DNA of 64,000 nucleotides from Bacteroidales bacterium (GTDB taxonomy: Bacteria; Bacteroidota; Bacteroidia; Bacteroidales; Muribaculaceae): contig JAAVFI010000008.1 in the NCBI GenBank assembly GCA_014800815.1, positions 225 through 64,224 of the forward strand, given 5' to 3'. The notes beneath the pieces were generated by a model. The model saw only the letters and a list, made by a program, of their open reading frames with translations. It made no database searches and was not told where the DNA came from. The translations under genes were made by a program, and so were the position numbers. This document shows positions 19,086 to 29,421 of the stretch, one piece after another. The stretch's first letter is position 1. Every line of letters starts with the position of its first letter.

Positions 19086-19222
19086 ATCTCTGGGGGATAA
19101 TAGATAAATGTTCGTGTTGTTATTTTCTTGTTACTGATTTTTTAACAACTCCGCGAGGGCTTTTGTTTAGCCCTGCGAGCGGTTTTGTTTCATTATATAT
19201 TTTGCAATATGTATGCCAACCG

Positions 19223-19246
19223 CTGACAATGGCAGAAAATTGTCAG
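19223..19246. promoter_or_regulatory. 8-bp inverted repeat upstream of clpB/uvrA
   Basis: ctgacaat-N8-attgtcag. Confidence 0.45.
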
Positions 19247-19355
19247 ATTTTTAAGAAAAATGAACGTATTGAAGTCTTATTTAAGTAACTTCGTGTGTGT
19301 GATGCTTGCATCAGATGAATAATTTGAGTAACTTTGTAAGTTAAATAAGTTGATA

Positions 19356-22133
19356 ATGTCAGTTTCCAATATAGTAATAAAAGGTGCCCGCGTCAACAAT
19401 CTCAAGAATGTCGACGTGGAGATTCCGCGCAACGAACTTGTAGTAGTCACCGGGCTTTCGGGTTCGGGCAAGTCTTCTCTTGCCTTCGACACTCTGTATG
19501 CCGAGGGCCGCAGACGATATGTGGAGAGTCTTTCGGCTTACGCGCGCCAGTTTATGGGCAAGCTCCGCAAGCCGGAGTGCGACTTTATACGCGGTCTGCC
19601 GCCTGCCATAGCCATTGAGCAGAAGGTGAATACACGCAACCCGCGCTCTACCGTGGGTACGTCGACCGAAATTTACGACTATATGCGTATGCTTTTCGGA
19701 CGCATCGGTCGTACTTACTCGCCTGTGAGCGGCGAACTTGTCAAAAAACATTCGGTTGAAGATATACTTGCAGCCGCACGCAGCTATCCCGAGGGTACGC
19801 GCGTGGCAGTCACGGCTCCTATCCGTCTGCCCGAAGGCCGCACTCTTGCCGAGCAGCTCGGCATATATGTCAAGGAAGGCTACTCGCGAGTGGTGGATGC
19901 GGAGAATAATTTCATAGATATTTCAGAGTATGATGCCTCGGCGGGTGTCGTGCCCGAATTGCTCATCGACCGCCTCTCGGTGGCTCATAGCGGCGACGAA
20001 TTCTCGCGCCTTGCCGACTCGGCGGAGACTGCCTTCTTCGAGGGGCACGACGAGTGTACGCTTATAGTCTGGACTCCTGAAGGCGAGGTGGTACGACATC
20101 CGTTCTCGAAGCGATTTGAGGCCGACGGTATTACTTTTACCGAGGTGTCGGAGCAGATGTTCAACTTCAACAATCCCATGGGCGCATGCCCCGTGTGCGA
20201 AGGCTTCGGACGCACTCTCGATATCGCCGAAAATCTTGTGATACCTAATGCTGCTCTGTCGCTTTTCGACGGTGCCGTAGCACCCTGGCGCGGCCCGTCG
20301 TCGGCAAAGTGGCGCACCGATTTCATACACAACGCCAAGGATTTCGATATCCATACTCCTTATAACAAGCTGTCTGCTGCCCAACGCAAGCTGCTCTGGG
20401 AGGGCGACGGCAAGAAGGTGCGAGGCATCAATGACTATTTCGACGAGGTGGCATCGCGACGTGCGGCCATTGAGTTCCGCATGATTCTCGCCCGCTACCG
20501 AGGCAAGACCACATGCCGTGCCTGCGGCGGTACACGTCTGCGTCCCGAGGCTTCGTATGTGAAAGTCGGAGGGGCTACAATCACCGAACTTGTCACCCTT
20601 CCGGTGAACCGTCTGCTCGACTGGTTCAGGGCTCTTGAGCTTGATGAACGCGATTCCAAGATTGCAGAGCGTCTTCTCACGGAGATAACCAAGCGTCTGA
20701 CTTTCCTCGTGGATATCGGTCTCGGCTATCTTACGCTCGACCGCCTGAGCAATTCGCTGTCGGGCGGCGAAAGTCAGCGTATCAACCTCGCGACCTCGCT
20801 TGGCAGCAGCCTCGTGGGCTCGCTGTATATTCTTGACGAACCGTCTATCGGGCTGCATTCACGCGACACCGAGCGCCTTATCGGAGTACTCAGAAAGCTT
20901 CAGAAACTCGGCAACACCGTAGTGGTGGTCGAGCACGACGAAGATATAATGCGCGCCGCCGACCGTATAATCGACGTCGGTCCTGCCGCCGGTACGGGTG
21001 GTGGCAACATCGTTTTCCAAGGCAAGCCGTCGGATATCGTAGGAGCTTCGGATAGCTTTACTATGAAATATCTTACCGGCCAAATGGGTATCGACGTGCC
21101 TGCGCACCGCCGTCCCTGGCGCGACTATATACGCGTAAACGGTGCCACGGAGCATAATCTCAAGGACGTTACGGTAGATTTCCCCCTCGGAGTAATGACT
21201 TGTGTGACAGGCGTAAGCGGTTCGGGTAAGTCAACTCTCGTGCGCGACATCCTGTGCCGTGCGCTTACCCGCCAGTATCTCGGCGAGGGCGATGCGCCGG
21301 GCGCTTTCACCGGCCTTACAGGCGATATCAAGCGAATGTCGGGAGTGGTGTTTGTCGATCAGAATCCTATCGGCCGTTCATCGCGTTCAAACCCCGCCAC
21401 TTACCTCAAGGCCTACGACGAAATCCGTACACTTATGGCCTCGCAACAGGCTGCGAAGCAGATGGATATACCGGCAGGCTACTTCTCATTCAATGCCGAA
21501 GGCGGCCGATGCGAAGCCTGCAAGGGCGAAGGCCATATCACGGTAGAAATGCAGTTCCTCGCCGATGTGACTATTGAGTGCGAAGAGTGCCACGGCAAGC
21601 GCTTCAAGCGCGATGTGCTTGAGGTGAAGTACCGCGACAAAAATATCTACGATATACTTGAGATGACGGTGGACGATGCCATAGACTTTTTCGGTCAGGG
21701 CGACGGTGCGACCGAAAAGCGTATCGTGCAGCGCCTCAAGCCTCTCCACGATGTCGGCCTGGGATATATCAAGCTCGGCCAGTCTTCGTCGACGCTCTCG
21801 GGCGGTGAGAACCAGCGCGTGAAGCTCGCCTACTTTCTCGCACAGGGCAAGGCGCAGCCGCAGATATTTATTTTCGACGAACCTACCACCGGACTTCACT
21901 TCCACGATATCCACCTGCTCCTCAAGGCATTCGACGATTTGATAAAACTCGGACATACCTTGATTGTGGTAGAACACAACCTCGACGTGATAAAGTGTGC
22001 CGACCATATAATCGACCTCGGCCCTGACGGCGGCGACGCAGGCGGTACTATAGTGGCTACCGGCACCCCCGAAGAAGTTGCGGCCAATGACAAGAGTGTC
22101 ACCGGCCGCTTCCTGAAAGATAAACTTTCGTAA
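19356..22133 (+). CDS. uvrA: Excinuclease ABC subunit A
   Basis: Two ABC cassettes ([28 protein letters not shown]), Zn fingers; ATG at 19356. Confidence 0.97.
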   Translation: MSVSNIVIKGARVNNLKNVDVEIPRNELVVVTGLSGSGKSSLAFDTLYAEGRRRYVESLSAYARQFMGKLRKPECDFIRGLPPAIAIEQKVNTRNPRSTVGTSTEIYDYMRMLFGRIGRTYSPVSGELVKKHSVEDILAAARSYPEGTRVAVTAPIRLPEGRTLAEQLGIYVKEGYSRVVDAENNFIDISEYDASAGVVPELLIDRLSVAHSGDEFSRLADSAETAFFEGHDECTLIVWTPEGEVVRHPFSKRFEADGITFTEVSEQMFNFNNPMGACPVCEGFGRTLDIAENLVIPNAALSLFDGAVAPWRGPSSAKWRTDFIHNAKDFDIHTPYNKLSAAQRKLLWEGDGKKVRGINDYFDEVASRRAAIEFRMILARYRGKTTCRACGGTRLRPEASYVKVGGATITELVTLPVNRLLDWFRALELDERDSKIAERLLTEITKRLTFLVDIGLGYLTLDRLSNSLSGGESQRINLATSLGSSLVGSLYILDEPSIGLHSRDTERLIGVLRKLQKLGNTVVVVEHDEDIMRAADRIIDVGPAAGTGGGNIVFQGKPSDIVGASDSFTMKYLTGQMGIDVPAHRRPWRDYIRVNGATEHNLKDVTVDFPLGVMTCVTGVSGSGKSTLVRDILCRALTRQYLGEGDAPGAFTGLTGDIKRMSGVVFVDQNPIGRSSRSNPATYLKAYDEIRTLMASQQAAKQMDIPAGYFSFNAEGGRCEACKGEGHITVEMQFLADVTIECEECHGKRFKRDVLEVKYRDKNIYDILEMTVDDAIDFFGQGDGATEKRIVQRLKPLHDVGLGYIKLGQSSSTLSGGENQRVKLAYFLAQGKAQPQIFIFDEPTTGLHFHDIHLLLKAFDDLIKLGHTLIVVEHNLDVIKCADHIIDLGPDGGDAGGTIVATGTPEEVAANDKSVTGRFLKDKLS

Positions 22134-22139
22134 GCCTTA

Positions 22140-22305
22140 TAAGTAAGTCATGAAAATTATTTTATATCAACCTTTGAGTAGTTAAGGCAATCTTCGTGCT
22201 TGTTCATCTGTCGTTATGGAGCCCCATAACTCCTTCTTCGCAAGTACGAATCTCGCTCATAACTACTTCAAATTTTAATATAAACTAATTTACATGACTT
22301 ACTTA
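22140..22305. repeat. 166-bp rod-like imperfect palindrome (MITE/REP-like or structured RNA)
   Basis: 28-bp terminal IRs (26/28 match) at 22140-22167 and 22278-22305, plus nested internal stems. Confidence 0.85.
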
Positions 22306-22326
22306 GCTTAAATATCTTATCTGAAA

Positions 22327-22977
22327 TCAGAATCTGTACCCGAGGCTGATTGCCACGGTGTTTCTATGGATTCTGATTTTTTTGTCTTTATCGCCGTAGC
22401 TGGCAAGCGGTGTGAACGCTATACCTGTAGTGAGGCCCACATAGTAGCTGTCGGCAAAAGTGGCTCCGAGGTGTATTCCCCAGAGAGCATCCACGTGTTC
22501 CCAACCGTGGTCAAAGAGATTAATCGTCTTGTTCGGAACTATCTCGGGAGCGCTGAAATTGGGGAGCAACTTCTGGCGAGCGGATATATTTACGTTTATC
22601 CACGGGCCTGTAGACACGTCAAGGTCCACGAAATCACCTACATTGAAAGAGTAGCCTACTGTCAGCGGCACTCTGATGCCGTACATATTGGCTGCGCCTT
22701 CGTAGTAGTATGTATCATCGAAACTTACAAGGTCTTTCGACGACATGGCTGTGTAGTTGAACAGTAAACCCGGTTCGAAATAACAACTTTTGGGCAGCTG
22801 CACACGGTAGTATGCACCAAGGGTAAGGCCCGCGCCTGTCTTATATATAGACGACGCACCCGTAGGCACCGTCACTTCCATAGCCGCATGTATGCCAAGT
22901 CCTGTCGGCAGTTGTGCCGCTGCTGAAGCCGATAGCATCCCTGATAGGGCGAGAGGGAGAAGGATTTTAGCTTTCAT
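22327..22977 (-). CDS. Outer membrane beta-barrel protein
   Basis: Signal peptide MKAKILLPL..AAA; alternating beta strands; C-terminal SLGYRF. Confidence 0.85.
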   Translation of the reverse strand: MKAKILLPLALSGMLSASAAAQLPTGLGIHAAMEVTVPTGASSIYKTGAGLTLGAYYRVQLPKSCYFEPGLLFNYTAMSSKDLVSFDDTYYYEGAANMYGIRVPLTVGYSFNVGDFVDLDVSTGPWINVNISARQKLLPNFSAPEIVPNKTINLFDHGWEHVDALWGIHLGATFADSYYVGLTTGIAFTPLASYGDKDKKIRIHRNTVAISLGYRF

Positions 22978-23095
22978 AGATTGAATGTTTCTTATTAATA
23001 CATTCAGCCGGCTCACATAGTTTGCGGCAACGGCGATTTTTTTTGTCGGGAAAACACGGTGTTCTGTCGATTATAGTTTTGATTTTAGGCAGATA

Positions 23096-24196
23096 GTGGT
23101 TATTTTTGCAAAAAATACCGGAACTGTGAATCATATATCATCGCATGATGCAGGGCGCCGTAAGGTGGTGTCGACTGCTACACATGTGCTTTTCATTATC
23201 ATCATCTTCGTGCTGCCCGAGCTGCTTATGGCTATGGCATTGCCACGACGCGGCTCATTCCTGATGATGCCGGGCTTCTATGGTCGCAACCTGTTCTATA
23301 TCTGTGTATTCTATCTCAACTATTTCTATATAGTAGATACTACTTTTGCACACCGTCGTGGCCGAAAAGTTGTACCTTTTGTAGTCATCAATCTTCTGCT
23401 GCTTGCGGTAGGGCTGATGTTGAGCTACTATCTGGCGCGTGTGATGCCTTATGGGCCGAAACATCACGAACCGAGCACGCTCAAGTCGTTCAGTTTCCTT
23501 ATGCGCGATGCCGTGATGATAATTCTCACCATAGGTCTTGCCGTAGCTCTCCGCCTTTCGGCCCGTATGCAGGATATCGACAATCAGCAGCGCCAGTTGC
23601 AGTCGGAACAACAGGCTACCGAGCTCGCGAGCCTCAAGAGTCAGCTCAATCCGCACTTCCTCTTCAATACGCTCAATACCATTTATGCACTTATCGACGT
23701 CGCACCCGACGATGCCCGCAAAGCAGTGCACCGTCTGTCGGGTATGCTGCGGTATGTGCTCTACGAAGATGTGAAGTTTGTGAGCCTGACACAGGAGGCC
23801 GACTTCATACGCAACTATGTGGAACTCATGCGTCTGCGTATAGCATCGCGACCCGTCAGTGTCAATATAGATCTCGACGGGAAAGGCGATGTGCAGGTGC
23901 CTCCGCTCCTGTTCATCCCTATTATCGAAAATGCTTTTAAATACGGAATACTCGATTCTTCGGGCAGCCCGATAGAGCTCTCGCTCGTAGTGCGCGGCGA
24001 TAGTATCTGCTGCCGCACCGTCAACGCTATTGCCGGCGAGCGTGAACAGAGCGATGAAAAGAATTCAGGCATCGGACTTGCCAATCTCCGCCGCCGACTA
24101 CACCTGATCTATGGTTCGAGAGCTTCGTTTGTCACCCGTAGCTCCGGCGGTATATTCACGGCGACGCTCACCATTCCTCTCCAAATCGAAAAATAA
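23096..24196 (+). CDS. LytS-type sensor histidine kinase
   Basis: TM region; ELASLKSQLNPHFLFNTLN, IPIIENAFKYG, SGIGLANLRRRL; start codon uncertain. Confidence 0.93.
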   Translation: MVIFAKNTGTVNHISSHDAGRRKVVSTATHVLFIIIIFVLPELLMAMALPRRGSFLMMPGFYGRNLFYICVFYLNYFYIVDTTFAHRRGRKVVPFVVINLLLLAVGLMLSYYLARVMPYGPKHHEPSTLKSFSFLMRDAVMIILTIGLAVALRLSARMQDIDNQQRQLQSEQQATELASLKSQLNPHFLFNTLNTIYALIDVAPDDARKAVHRLSGMLRYVLYEDVKFVSLTQEADFIRNYVELMRLRIASRPVSVNIDLDGKGDVQVPPLLFIPIIENAFKYGILDSSGSPIELSLVVRGDSICCRTVNAIAGEREQSDEKNSGIGLANLRRRLHLIYGSRASFVTRSSGGIFTATLTIPLQIEK

Positions 24197-24945
24197 TGAC
24201 TCCTCAGAATACAACATCGACAAAGCTCCGCTGCCTGGTGGTGGACGATGAGCCCCTGGCTGCCAAACTGATAAGCACTTACGTAGAGCGTACGCCGTTC
24301 CTCGAACTCGTGGCCGAGGTATATACTGCCGAAGATGCCATAGCGCATCTCCGCGGCAGCGATATCGACCTTGTTTTTCTCGACATCCACATCCCGCGCC
24401 TGTCGGGCCTCGAACTCGCACGCCTCGTGCCCGAGCGCACGCGCATAGTGTTTACCACGGCGTACTCCGACCACGCCGTCGAAGGTTTCCGCGTGAATGC
24501 CCTCGACTATCTTCTCAAGCCGGTGAGCTACGAGGAATTTCTTGAAGCGGCCTCGCGCGGACTGCGTCATGTGGCAAAACCTGAGACTGTATCCGTAGTC
24601 GAGACGCGCCCTGCCAACCGCGAGTTTCTGCTCGTAAAGAGCGAATACCGACTTCTGCGCATACCTCTCGACGATATTCTGTATCTCGAGGGACTCAAGG
24701 ATTACGTGAAGATATTTCTTGCATCCGACTCCAAGCCCGTTCTCTCGCTTATGAGCATGAAAGCCGTGGCCGAGGAGTTGCCTCAGCCGGCTTTTATGAG
24801 GGTGCACCGGTCGTTCATTGTGAATGTAGACAAGGTGCGTGTGCTTGAGCGTAATTCAGTGATTATCGGAGGTCGCTGCATCCCTGTGAGCGACAGCTAC
24901 CGTCCCGATTTCATGGAGATTATTATGGGCAATCGTCACGACTGA
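24196..24945 (+). CDS. LytTR family response regulator
   Basis: VVDDEPLA, FLDIH, FTTAY, DYLLKPV receiver; F.RVHRSFIVN LytTR. Confidence 0.96.
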   Translation: MTPQNTTSTKLRCLVVDDEPLAAKLISTYVERTPFLELVAEVYTAEDAIAHLRGSDIDLVFLDIHIPRLSGLELARLVPERTRIVFTTAYSDHAVEGFRVNALDYLLKPVSYEEFLEAASRGLRHVAKPETVSVVETRPANREFLLVKSEYRLLRIPLDDILYLEGLKDYVKIFLASDSKPVLSLMSMKAVAEELPQPAFMRVHRSFIVNVDKVRVLERNSVIIGGRCIPVSDSYRPDFMEIIMGNRHD

Positions 24946-25727
24946 CGCTTGTAGAGCGCCGTCATAGGCAGGCCTACGAAGAGTGCGCCTCCCACGATAT
25001 TTCCGAGTGTGGCAGGCAGCAGATTTGCAGTGAACATCTCCGAAATTCCTATCGGCGCGCCCTGCATCATGGCAAGGGGGATGAAGAACATATTGGCCAC
25101 GCAGTGCTCATATCCGAGGGCTACGAAAGCGAATACGGGAATCTCGCAGGCAAGCAGTTTCTCGCCCAAGTGACGACCGCTGAGCGCGAGCCATACGGCA
25201 AGACATACACACCAGTTGGCTCCTATACCTTTGAGAAATACCACCCACGGCGATGCCGAAACTTTGGCCATGCCTATGCGGCATACAGCGTCGGAGTAGG
25301 GTTGGGCTGCCGTGATATCGGTAAGATATACAAGAAAATAAGCCACGATAAGCGCACCCGCGAAGTTGGCGCACCATACCAGTATCCAGTTTGTGGCTAC
25401 TCGCAGAGGGCTTATAGAGCGCGATGCCAGCGGCGGCATGAGCAGGGCGTTGTTGCCTGTGAAGAGGTCGGCTCCAAGAATTACTACGAGCATAAGTCCA
25501 ATGGGGAATACGGCGCCGCTGAGCAGGCGCTGTATGCCCGGATTCTCTGCCGTAATGGTAGGGAAGCCAAAGCCTATAATAATGGAAAGCACGCCTCCGA
25601 GAGCTATGTAAGCTCCGGCAAGCGTGCTTGATAATGCGAAATTGAAGGCCGGACGATTCGCCGCGGCTTTAGTTAATCCTGCCTGGTGTGCGGCAGTTAG
25701 GGTCTCGGCGGGTGTTCGAACCGGCAT
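24936..25727 (-). CDS. Formate/nitrite transporter (FNT)
   Basis: LAGAYIALG, GADLFTGN, KGIGANWCVCLA, GYEHCVANM, GNIVGG. Confidence 0.95.
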   Translation of the reverse strand: MPVRTPAETLTAAHQAGLTKAAANRPAFNFALSSTLAGAYIALGGVLSIIIGFGFPTITAENPGIQRLLSGAVFPIGLMLVVILGADLFTGNNALLMPPLASRSISPLRVATNWILVWCANFAGALIVAYFLVYLTDITAAQPYSDAVCRIGMAKVSASPWVVFLKGIGANWCVCLAVWLALSGRHLGEKLLACEIPVFAFVALGYEHCVANMFFIPLAMMQGAPIGISEMFTANLLPATLGNIVGGALFVGLPMTALYKRQS

Positions 25728-25728
25728 A

Positions 25729-26229
25729 TCAGTCTTGTCTTGCTTTTTCGTTATTGTTTCGTATTCCTTCTCTTTGTGTGCGGTGGTGCCTTACGAGGCG
25801 CTGAGTGAACGAGCGCTCGGCAGCACGCAATTTCAGAAGCTGACGGGGCGAGAGAATTTCTTTGAAGCGGTCGAAATACTCCATTTCCACCTTGCCTTCA
25901 CGTTCTTTCTGGCTGTAGACGGCATTGGCTGCCGCCTCGATTTCTGTCTGTGATGCGTCCTTGCTGGCCTCGACACGCTTCTCGAGGTCGCGTGTTTCGG
26001 TAGAAATCTGCTGCAGACGGTCGTCCATTTCGTCGTAGACGGTGAAGAACTCTTTCTGCTGCTCTTTTGTGAGATTTAATTCTTTAGCGAGCACTTCGTG
26101 CTTATAGCCGCGGAGCTCGTTGAAGAATCTGTCGCGACGGTTCTCCGGAGAGTCCTGAGCCGAGACGGCGGCGGGGAAGATTATTGCCAGAATGGCAGCG
26201 ATAACTATTCGCCGTAGGGTGATGATCAT
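25729..26229 (-). CDS. Periplasmic helical protein (Spy/CpxP-like)
   Basis: Signal peptide; LNLTKEQQKEFF..Y, ILSPRQL..L motifs. Confidence 0.65.
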   Translation of the reverse strand: MIITLRRIVIAAILAIIFPAAVSAQDSPENRRDRFFNELRGYKHEVLAKELNLTKEQQKEFFTVYDEMDDRLQQISTETRDLEKRVEASKDASQTEIEAAANAVYSQKEREGKVEMEYFDRFKEILSPRQLLKLRAAERSFTQRLVRHHRTQREGIRNNNEKARQD

Positions 26230-26241
26230 AGGGAAACGTAT

Positions 26242-26724
26242 TTATTGAGGAAGTATATAATCCGCATCAGATTCGGGCTCGGTGAGGAAGCTCTCAAAAT
26301 ATGTCTCGTCGTCGAAAGTTTCGTCGTCGAGCATTTCATCTACTATATCCCATGAGTTGACATCGTCGTAGATGTAGTCGAGCACGAACGAATCATCCGA
26401 CAGCGCGTTTGCAAGTACGGGGTTATCGGAGAGGGGAGTGAGCTGTCCGGCGCCCGATAGGTTTGTGAAGAGCTGCATCATGAGCCAGATACCGGCAAAC
26501 ATTGCGGCCATATATACATACGGCCTCACTTTCTGCCAGAACGAACGCACCTCGGCAACTTCTGCCCGAGTAGAGCTTTCAATCTCGGGACGTTCGGGAA
26601 GCATCTCGGCCATGCGTGTGGCGAAGTTCTCGAAGTAACCTTCCGGTACCTCAAGGCCTGCCGACGGTCGTTTCAGCCCCAGCTCCTGAGCTTTAGCTAA
26701 TATGTCGTTGTTTTTTGTTGCCAT
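26242..26724 (-). CDS. Single-TM protein, putative anti-sigma factor
   Basis: VPEGYFENF..R motif, one TM, acidic C-terminus; directly downstream of an ECF sigma. Confidence 0.7.
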   Translation of the reverse strand: MATKNNDILAKAQELGLKRPSAGLEVPEGYFENFATRMAEMLPERPEIESSTRAEVAEVRSFWQKVRPYVYMAAMFAGIWLMMQLFTNLSGAGQLTPLSDNPVLANALSDDSFVLDYIYDDVNSWDIVDEMLDDETFDDETYFESFLTEPESDADYILPQ

Positions 26725-26769
26725 GATTAAATTCCATATAATACATAGATAGAAAGAAGTGCGGAAGGT

Positions 26770-27330
26770 TTAACCGAGCCGGTCGAAAAATTGTTCGATT
26801 TTCTTTACCGCAAGGTGGTAGGAGGCTTTCAAGGCACCTACCGATGTGCCGAGTATCTCCGACATTTCTTCGTATTTCATGTCATCGAAGTACTTCATGT
26901 TGAACACAAGGCGCTGCTTTTCGGGGAGTGAATCTACGGCCTTGCGCAGATTTTCAGCCAGAGCTTCACCGTCGGGGCTCTCGTCGGCTGTCAGTCCTCT
27001 GAGTTCCGAGGCTTCGTCGGCCTCGATTGAGACTGTGCCCCTGCGCTTTTCTTTCTCTAAGAACGACAGGCTCTCGTTGATTGCTATCTTGTAGAGCCAC
27101 GTGGTGAGGCGTGCCTCGCCTCTGAAATTCTCAATCGACTGCCAGGCCTTCATAAATGTATTCTGCAGCAGGTCGTTGGCATCATCGTGAGAAGGTACCA
27201 TGCGGCGTATCTGCCAGTAGAGGGGTTCGCTGTACAGCCGTATCACCTCGTTGAATGCCGAACGCACAGTCTCTGGCTCGCGTAGCTGTGCCGTGAGTTC
27301 TTCTATCTTTTCCGGTTTAATGTTCGCCAT
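26770..27330 (-). CDS. ECF RNA polymerase sigma factor
   Basis: DANDLLQNTFMKAW..I.NFRGEARLTTWLYKIA; GTSVGALKASYH. Confidence 0.95.
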   Translation of the reverse strand: MANIKPEKIEELTAQLREPETVRSAFNEVIRLYSEPLYWQIRRMVPSHDDANDLLQNTFMKAWQSIENFRGEARLTTWLYKIAINESLSFLEKEKRRGTVSIEADEASELRGLTADESPDGEALAENLRKAVDSLPEKQRLVFNMKYFDDMKYEEMSEILGTSVGALKASYHLAVKKIEQFFDRLG

Positions 27331-27563
27331 ACTGTGGGGTGAATTTCAATGTCCAAAGTTACAAAATTTTTCCCAAATAGAGAAGACGTGGGCGCCAAAG
27401 AGTCTTTCAAAAGCCTTAAATACTGTCTATAAACATTAAATAAACTATAAATATGTAGTTAAATGTTAAACATGAATTTGTTAATGCGCAGATAATTAAG
27501 TATTTACGATTTTACACTAATTTCGAGGCGATTCAGGTACTTGCACAAACAAAAATACCTCCC

Positions 27564-27571
27564 TAACTTTG
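27564..27571 (+). promoter_or_regulatory. Bacteroidetes -7 promoter with no protein gene downstream
   Basis: TAACTTTG, with TTG at 27541-27543. Confidence 0.65.
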
Positions 27572-27575
27572 CAGT

Positions 27576-27738
27576 GCAAAAAATAGCAGATACATAAGAT
27601 CAGATGTTGTGAAACATCCTCGTTGTAAAAGACTCAACTTTACGCAATTATCTAACACAATGTCTATAGGACAACTGTTTAGGCTGAGTAATTCAGCGCA
27701 AGTACCCGTTCCAAGTGTGGCACGGGTACTTTTGTTTT
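27576..27738 (+). ncRNA. Candidate structured small RNA (~160 nt)
   Basis: Promoter; GATGTT-GTGA-AACATC, TGTC-TATAG-GACA and GCTGA-GTAAT-TCAGC hairpins; perfect 10-bp terminator stem (27700-27709/27722-27731) plus TTGTTTT. Confidence 0.6.
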
Positions 27739-27785
27739 ATGATTAAAGTGAAGTATGCTAAAGACTTTTAGACGTTGAAGATTGG

Positions 27786-28394
27786 TTATCGAGATTTTAA
27801 GTCGAAGAACATAAATCGAGTTTTTAGAGGTTCTTGCGGTGATAATTCCAGAAAAGTTCTTTCTTCGTCTTCTGATTTATACAAAGGTTTAAAACCATTT
27901 TTTTTGTAGAAATGTATGGTTTTATCATTGTTATACGCATCAACTACAATGAACCGACACCCGGTTTTATTGTCTGTAGATTTAAACCACTCTTTTACAT
28001 AATCAATAATCTGACTTCCGATTTTCAAACCTTTACCGCGATATAGGGTGGAGACTCCAAGACGTCCTATAAGCACTGCAGGGTAATTTATACCACGTTT
28101 AGTATTTATAACGGAGCGCTGAAGTCTGTTGAGGGCAGATTTTGCAATAAGTTTCAACTTTACACTATCATTGGACAGTGTAATCATTCCTAAAATTTCT
28201 TTAGGGTCAGATTTGTTGACCCAAGCGTAAGTTTTGCCTAACAGTTCTGAGTCGTAATGTAAGGCTACGTTGGTGAAAAAATCATCTAAATCATTATCCT
28301 CACAGCAAAATGGAGTGCAGAATGCCGCTAATTCTGCTGTATAGGGAACTTTGACTGCATCTTTTGAAAGATCAAAATTTAGAGATTTATTCAT
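27786..28394 (-). CDS. GNAT acetyltransferase, AtaT/TacT-like putative toxin
   Basis: FCCEDNDLDDFF, YPAVLIGRLGV...YRGKG..IG, GCRFIVVDA, FYKKNGF, MFFDLK. Confidence 0.85.
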   Translation of the reverse strand: MNKSLNFDLSKDAVKVPYTAELAAFCTPFCCEDNDLDDFFTNVALHYDSELLGKTYAWVNKSDPKEILGMITLSNDSVKLKLIAKSALNRLQRSVINTKRGINYPAVLIGRLGVSTLYRGKGLKIGSQIIDYVKEWFKSTDNKTGCRFIVVDAYNNDKTIHFYKKNGFKPLYKSEDEERTFLELSPQEPLKTRFMFFDLKSR

Positions 28395-28576
28395 CCTTTC
28401 TTTCCAAATAACTGTTGATAGAATTCCCGAGATTTGCGTTCAATTTCTCGGAGATATTCTTCGCGCTCAGGAGATAGGCGAGGAGTTGGATTCTGTGCAT
28501 TTCTTTCTGCCTCTTCAAAAAAGATACGGGCAGATTCACCGGTAAGAATTGGTGAAGAGTTGATTGTCATTGCCAT
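28391..28576 (-). CDS. 61-aa putative antitoxin
   Basis: MAMTINSSPILTGESARIF...; ATGA overlap with the GNAT; TATATTTG promoter at 28597-28604; similar to 11986-12144. Confidence 0.78.
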   Translation of the reverse strand: MAMTINSSPILTGESARIFFEEAERNAQNPTPRLSPEREEYLREIERKSREFYQQLFGKKG

Positions 28577-28652
28577 AATAATATACTTTTAGACTACAAA
28601 TATACTACTATATAACATATTGCGCAAAAAAATTGCACAATATTAATTAGTA

Positions 28653-29405
28653 TTACCAAAAAAATCGGTGGTGCTTGCGGTAAAAGTAGAGCAGGGCGCG
28701 GGTGTGAACGCGGGCGCCGCGTGAAAGAAGCGAGGAGGTGGTGGCGCGCTGCCAGTCGTGGACTATGGAGAGGGTGGGGATGTAGACTACCTTCTTGCCG
28801 GCGGCACGTACACTCATGCAGAAGTCGGCATCCTCGGGCCCGTAGAAGATGTTTTCGTCGAGGCCGCCCGACGAGCGGTAGATTTCGGCATCGAACATCT
28901 GGGCTGCCCCGATTACGTAGAATGGTTCGACGGGTGTAGCGGGTACGCTACGGGCTATCGACGATTTCCGTTTTCCTGCAATGATGTTGGAAAGTTTGCT
29001 GAAAATGCCGGGGTAAGGGCGGAAACTGCTCTGGACGTCGCCCTGAGGACTGATGAGCCGGGGAGCGACAAGACCAACGTCGGGATGCTTGTCAAGGTAT
29101 TCCGAGAGTGCTTCTATGGCGTCGGGGCTTGCTACGGTATCGTTGTCGAGTATCATCAGCCGACGGCCTCGGGCGAGGGATAATCCTCTGTTGCGGCCGC
29201 CTGCCACTCCGTAATTTTTATCGAGCTTGAGAATGCTTATGGCAGGGAATTCGGCTTTCACCGATTCCGACGTCCCGTCGGTCGAACCGTTGTCGACAAG
29301 TATTATCTCGCGTCCCGGGCGCTCCAGAAGCCCGTAGACAGAGCGGATGCAGCGCAGAGTGAGCTCGCGCTGATTGCATGTAAGGATTACGAGCGAGATA
29401 TCCAT
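28653..29405 (-). CDS. Glycosyltransferase family 2
   Basis: LVDNGSTDG, N.GVAGGRN.G, ILDNDT, YGPEDADFC. Confidence 0.93.
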   Translation of the reverse strand: MDISLVILTCNQRELTLRCIRSVYGLLERPGREIILVDNGSTDGTSESVKAEFPAISILKLDKNYGVAGGRNRGLSLARGRRLMILDNDTVASPDAIEALSEYLDKHPDVGLVAPRLISPQGDVQSSFRPYPGIFSKLSNIIAGKRKSSIARSVPATPVEPFYVIGAAQMFDAEIYRSSGGLDENIFYGPEDADFCMSVRAAGKKVVYIPTLSIVHDWQRATTSSLLSRGARVHTRALLYFYRKHHRFFW

Positions 29406-29421
29406 AGCGAGGTATGGATTT

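Noticed and set aside
22140-22305. Integron attC site
   Set aside because: The GTT/AAC cores are in the wrong order, and there is no integron integrase or cassette array
27768-27774. Another CGTCTAA ECF -10 on the minus strand
   Set aside because: No TGTAA-like -35 at the expected distance
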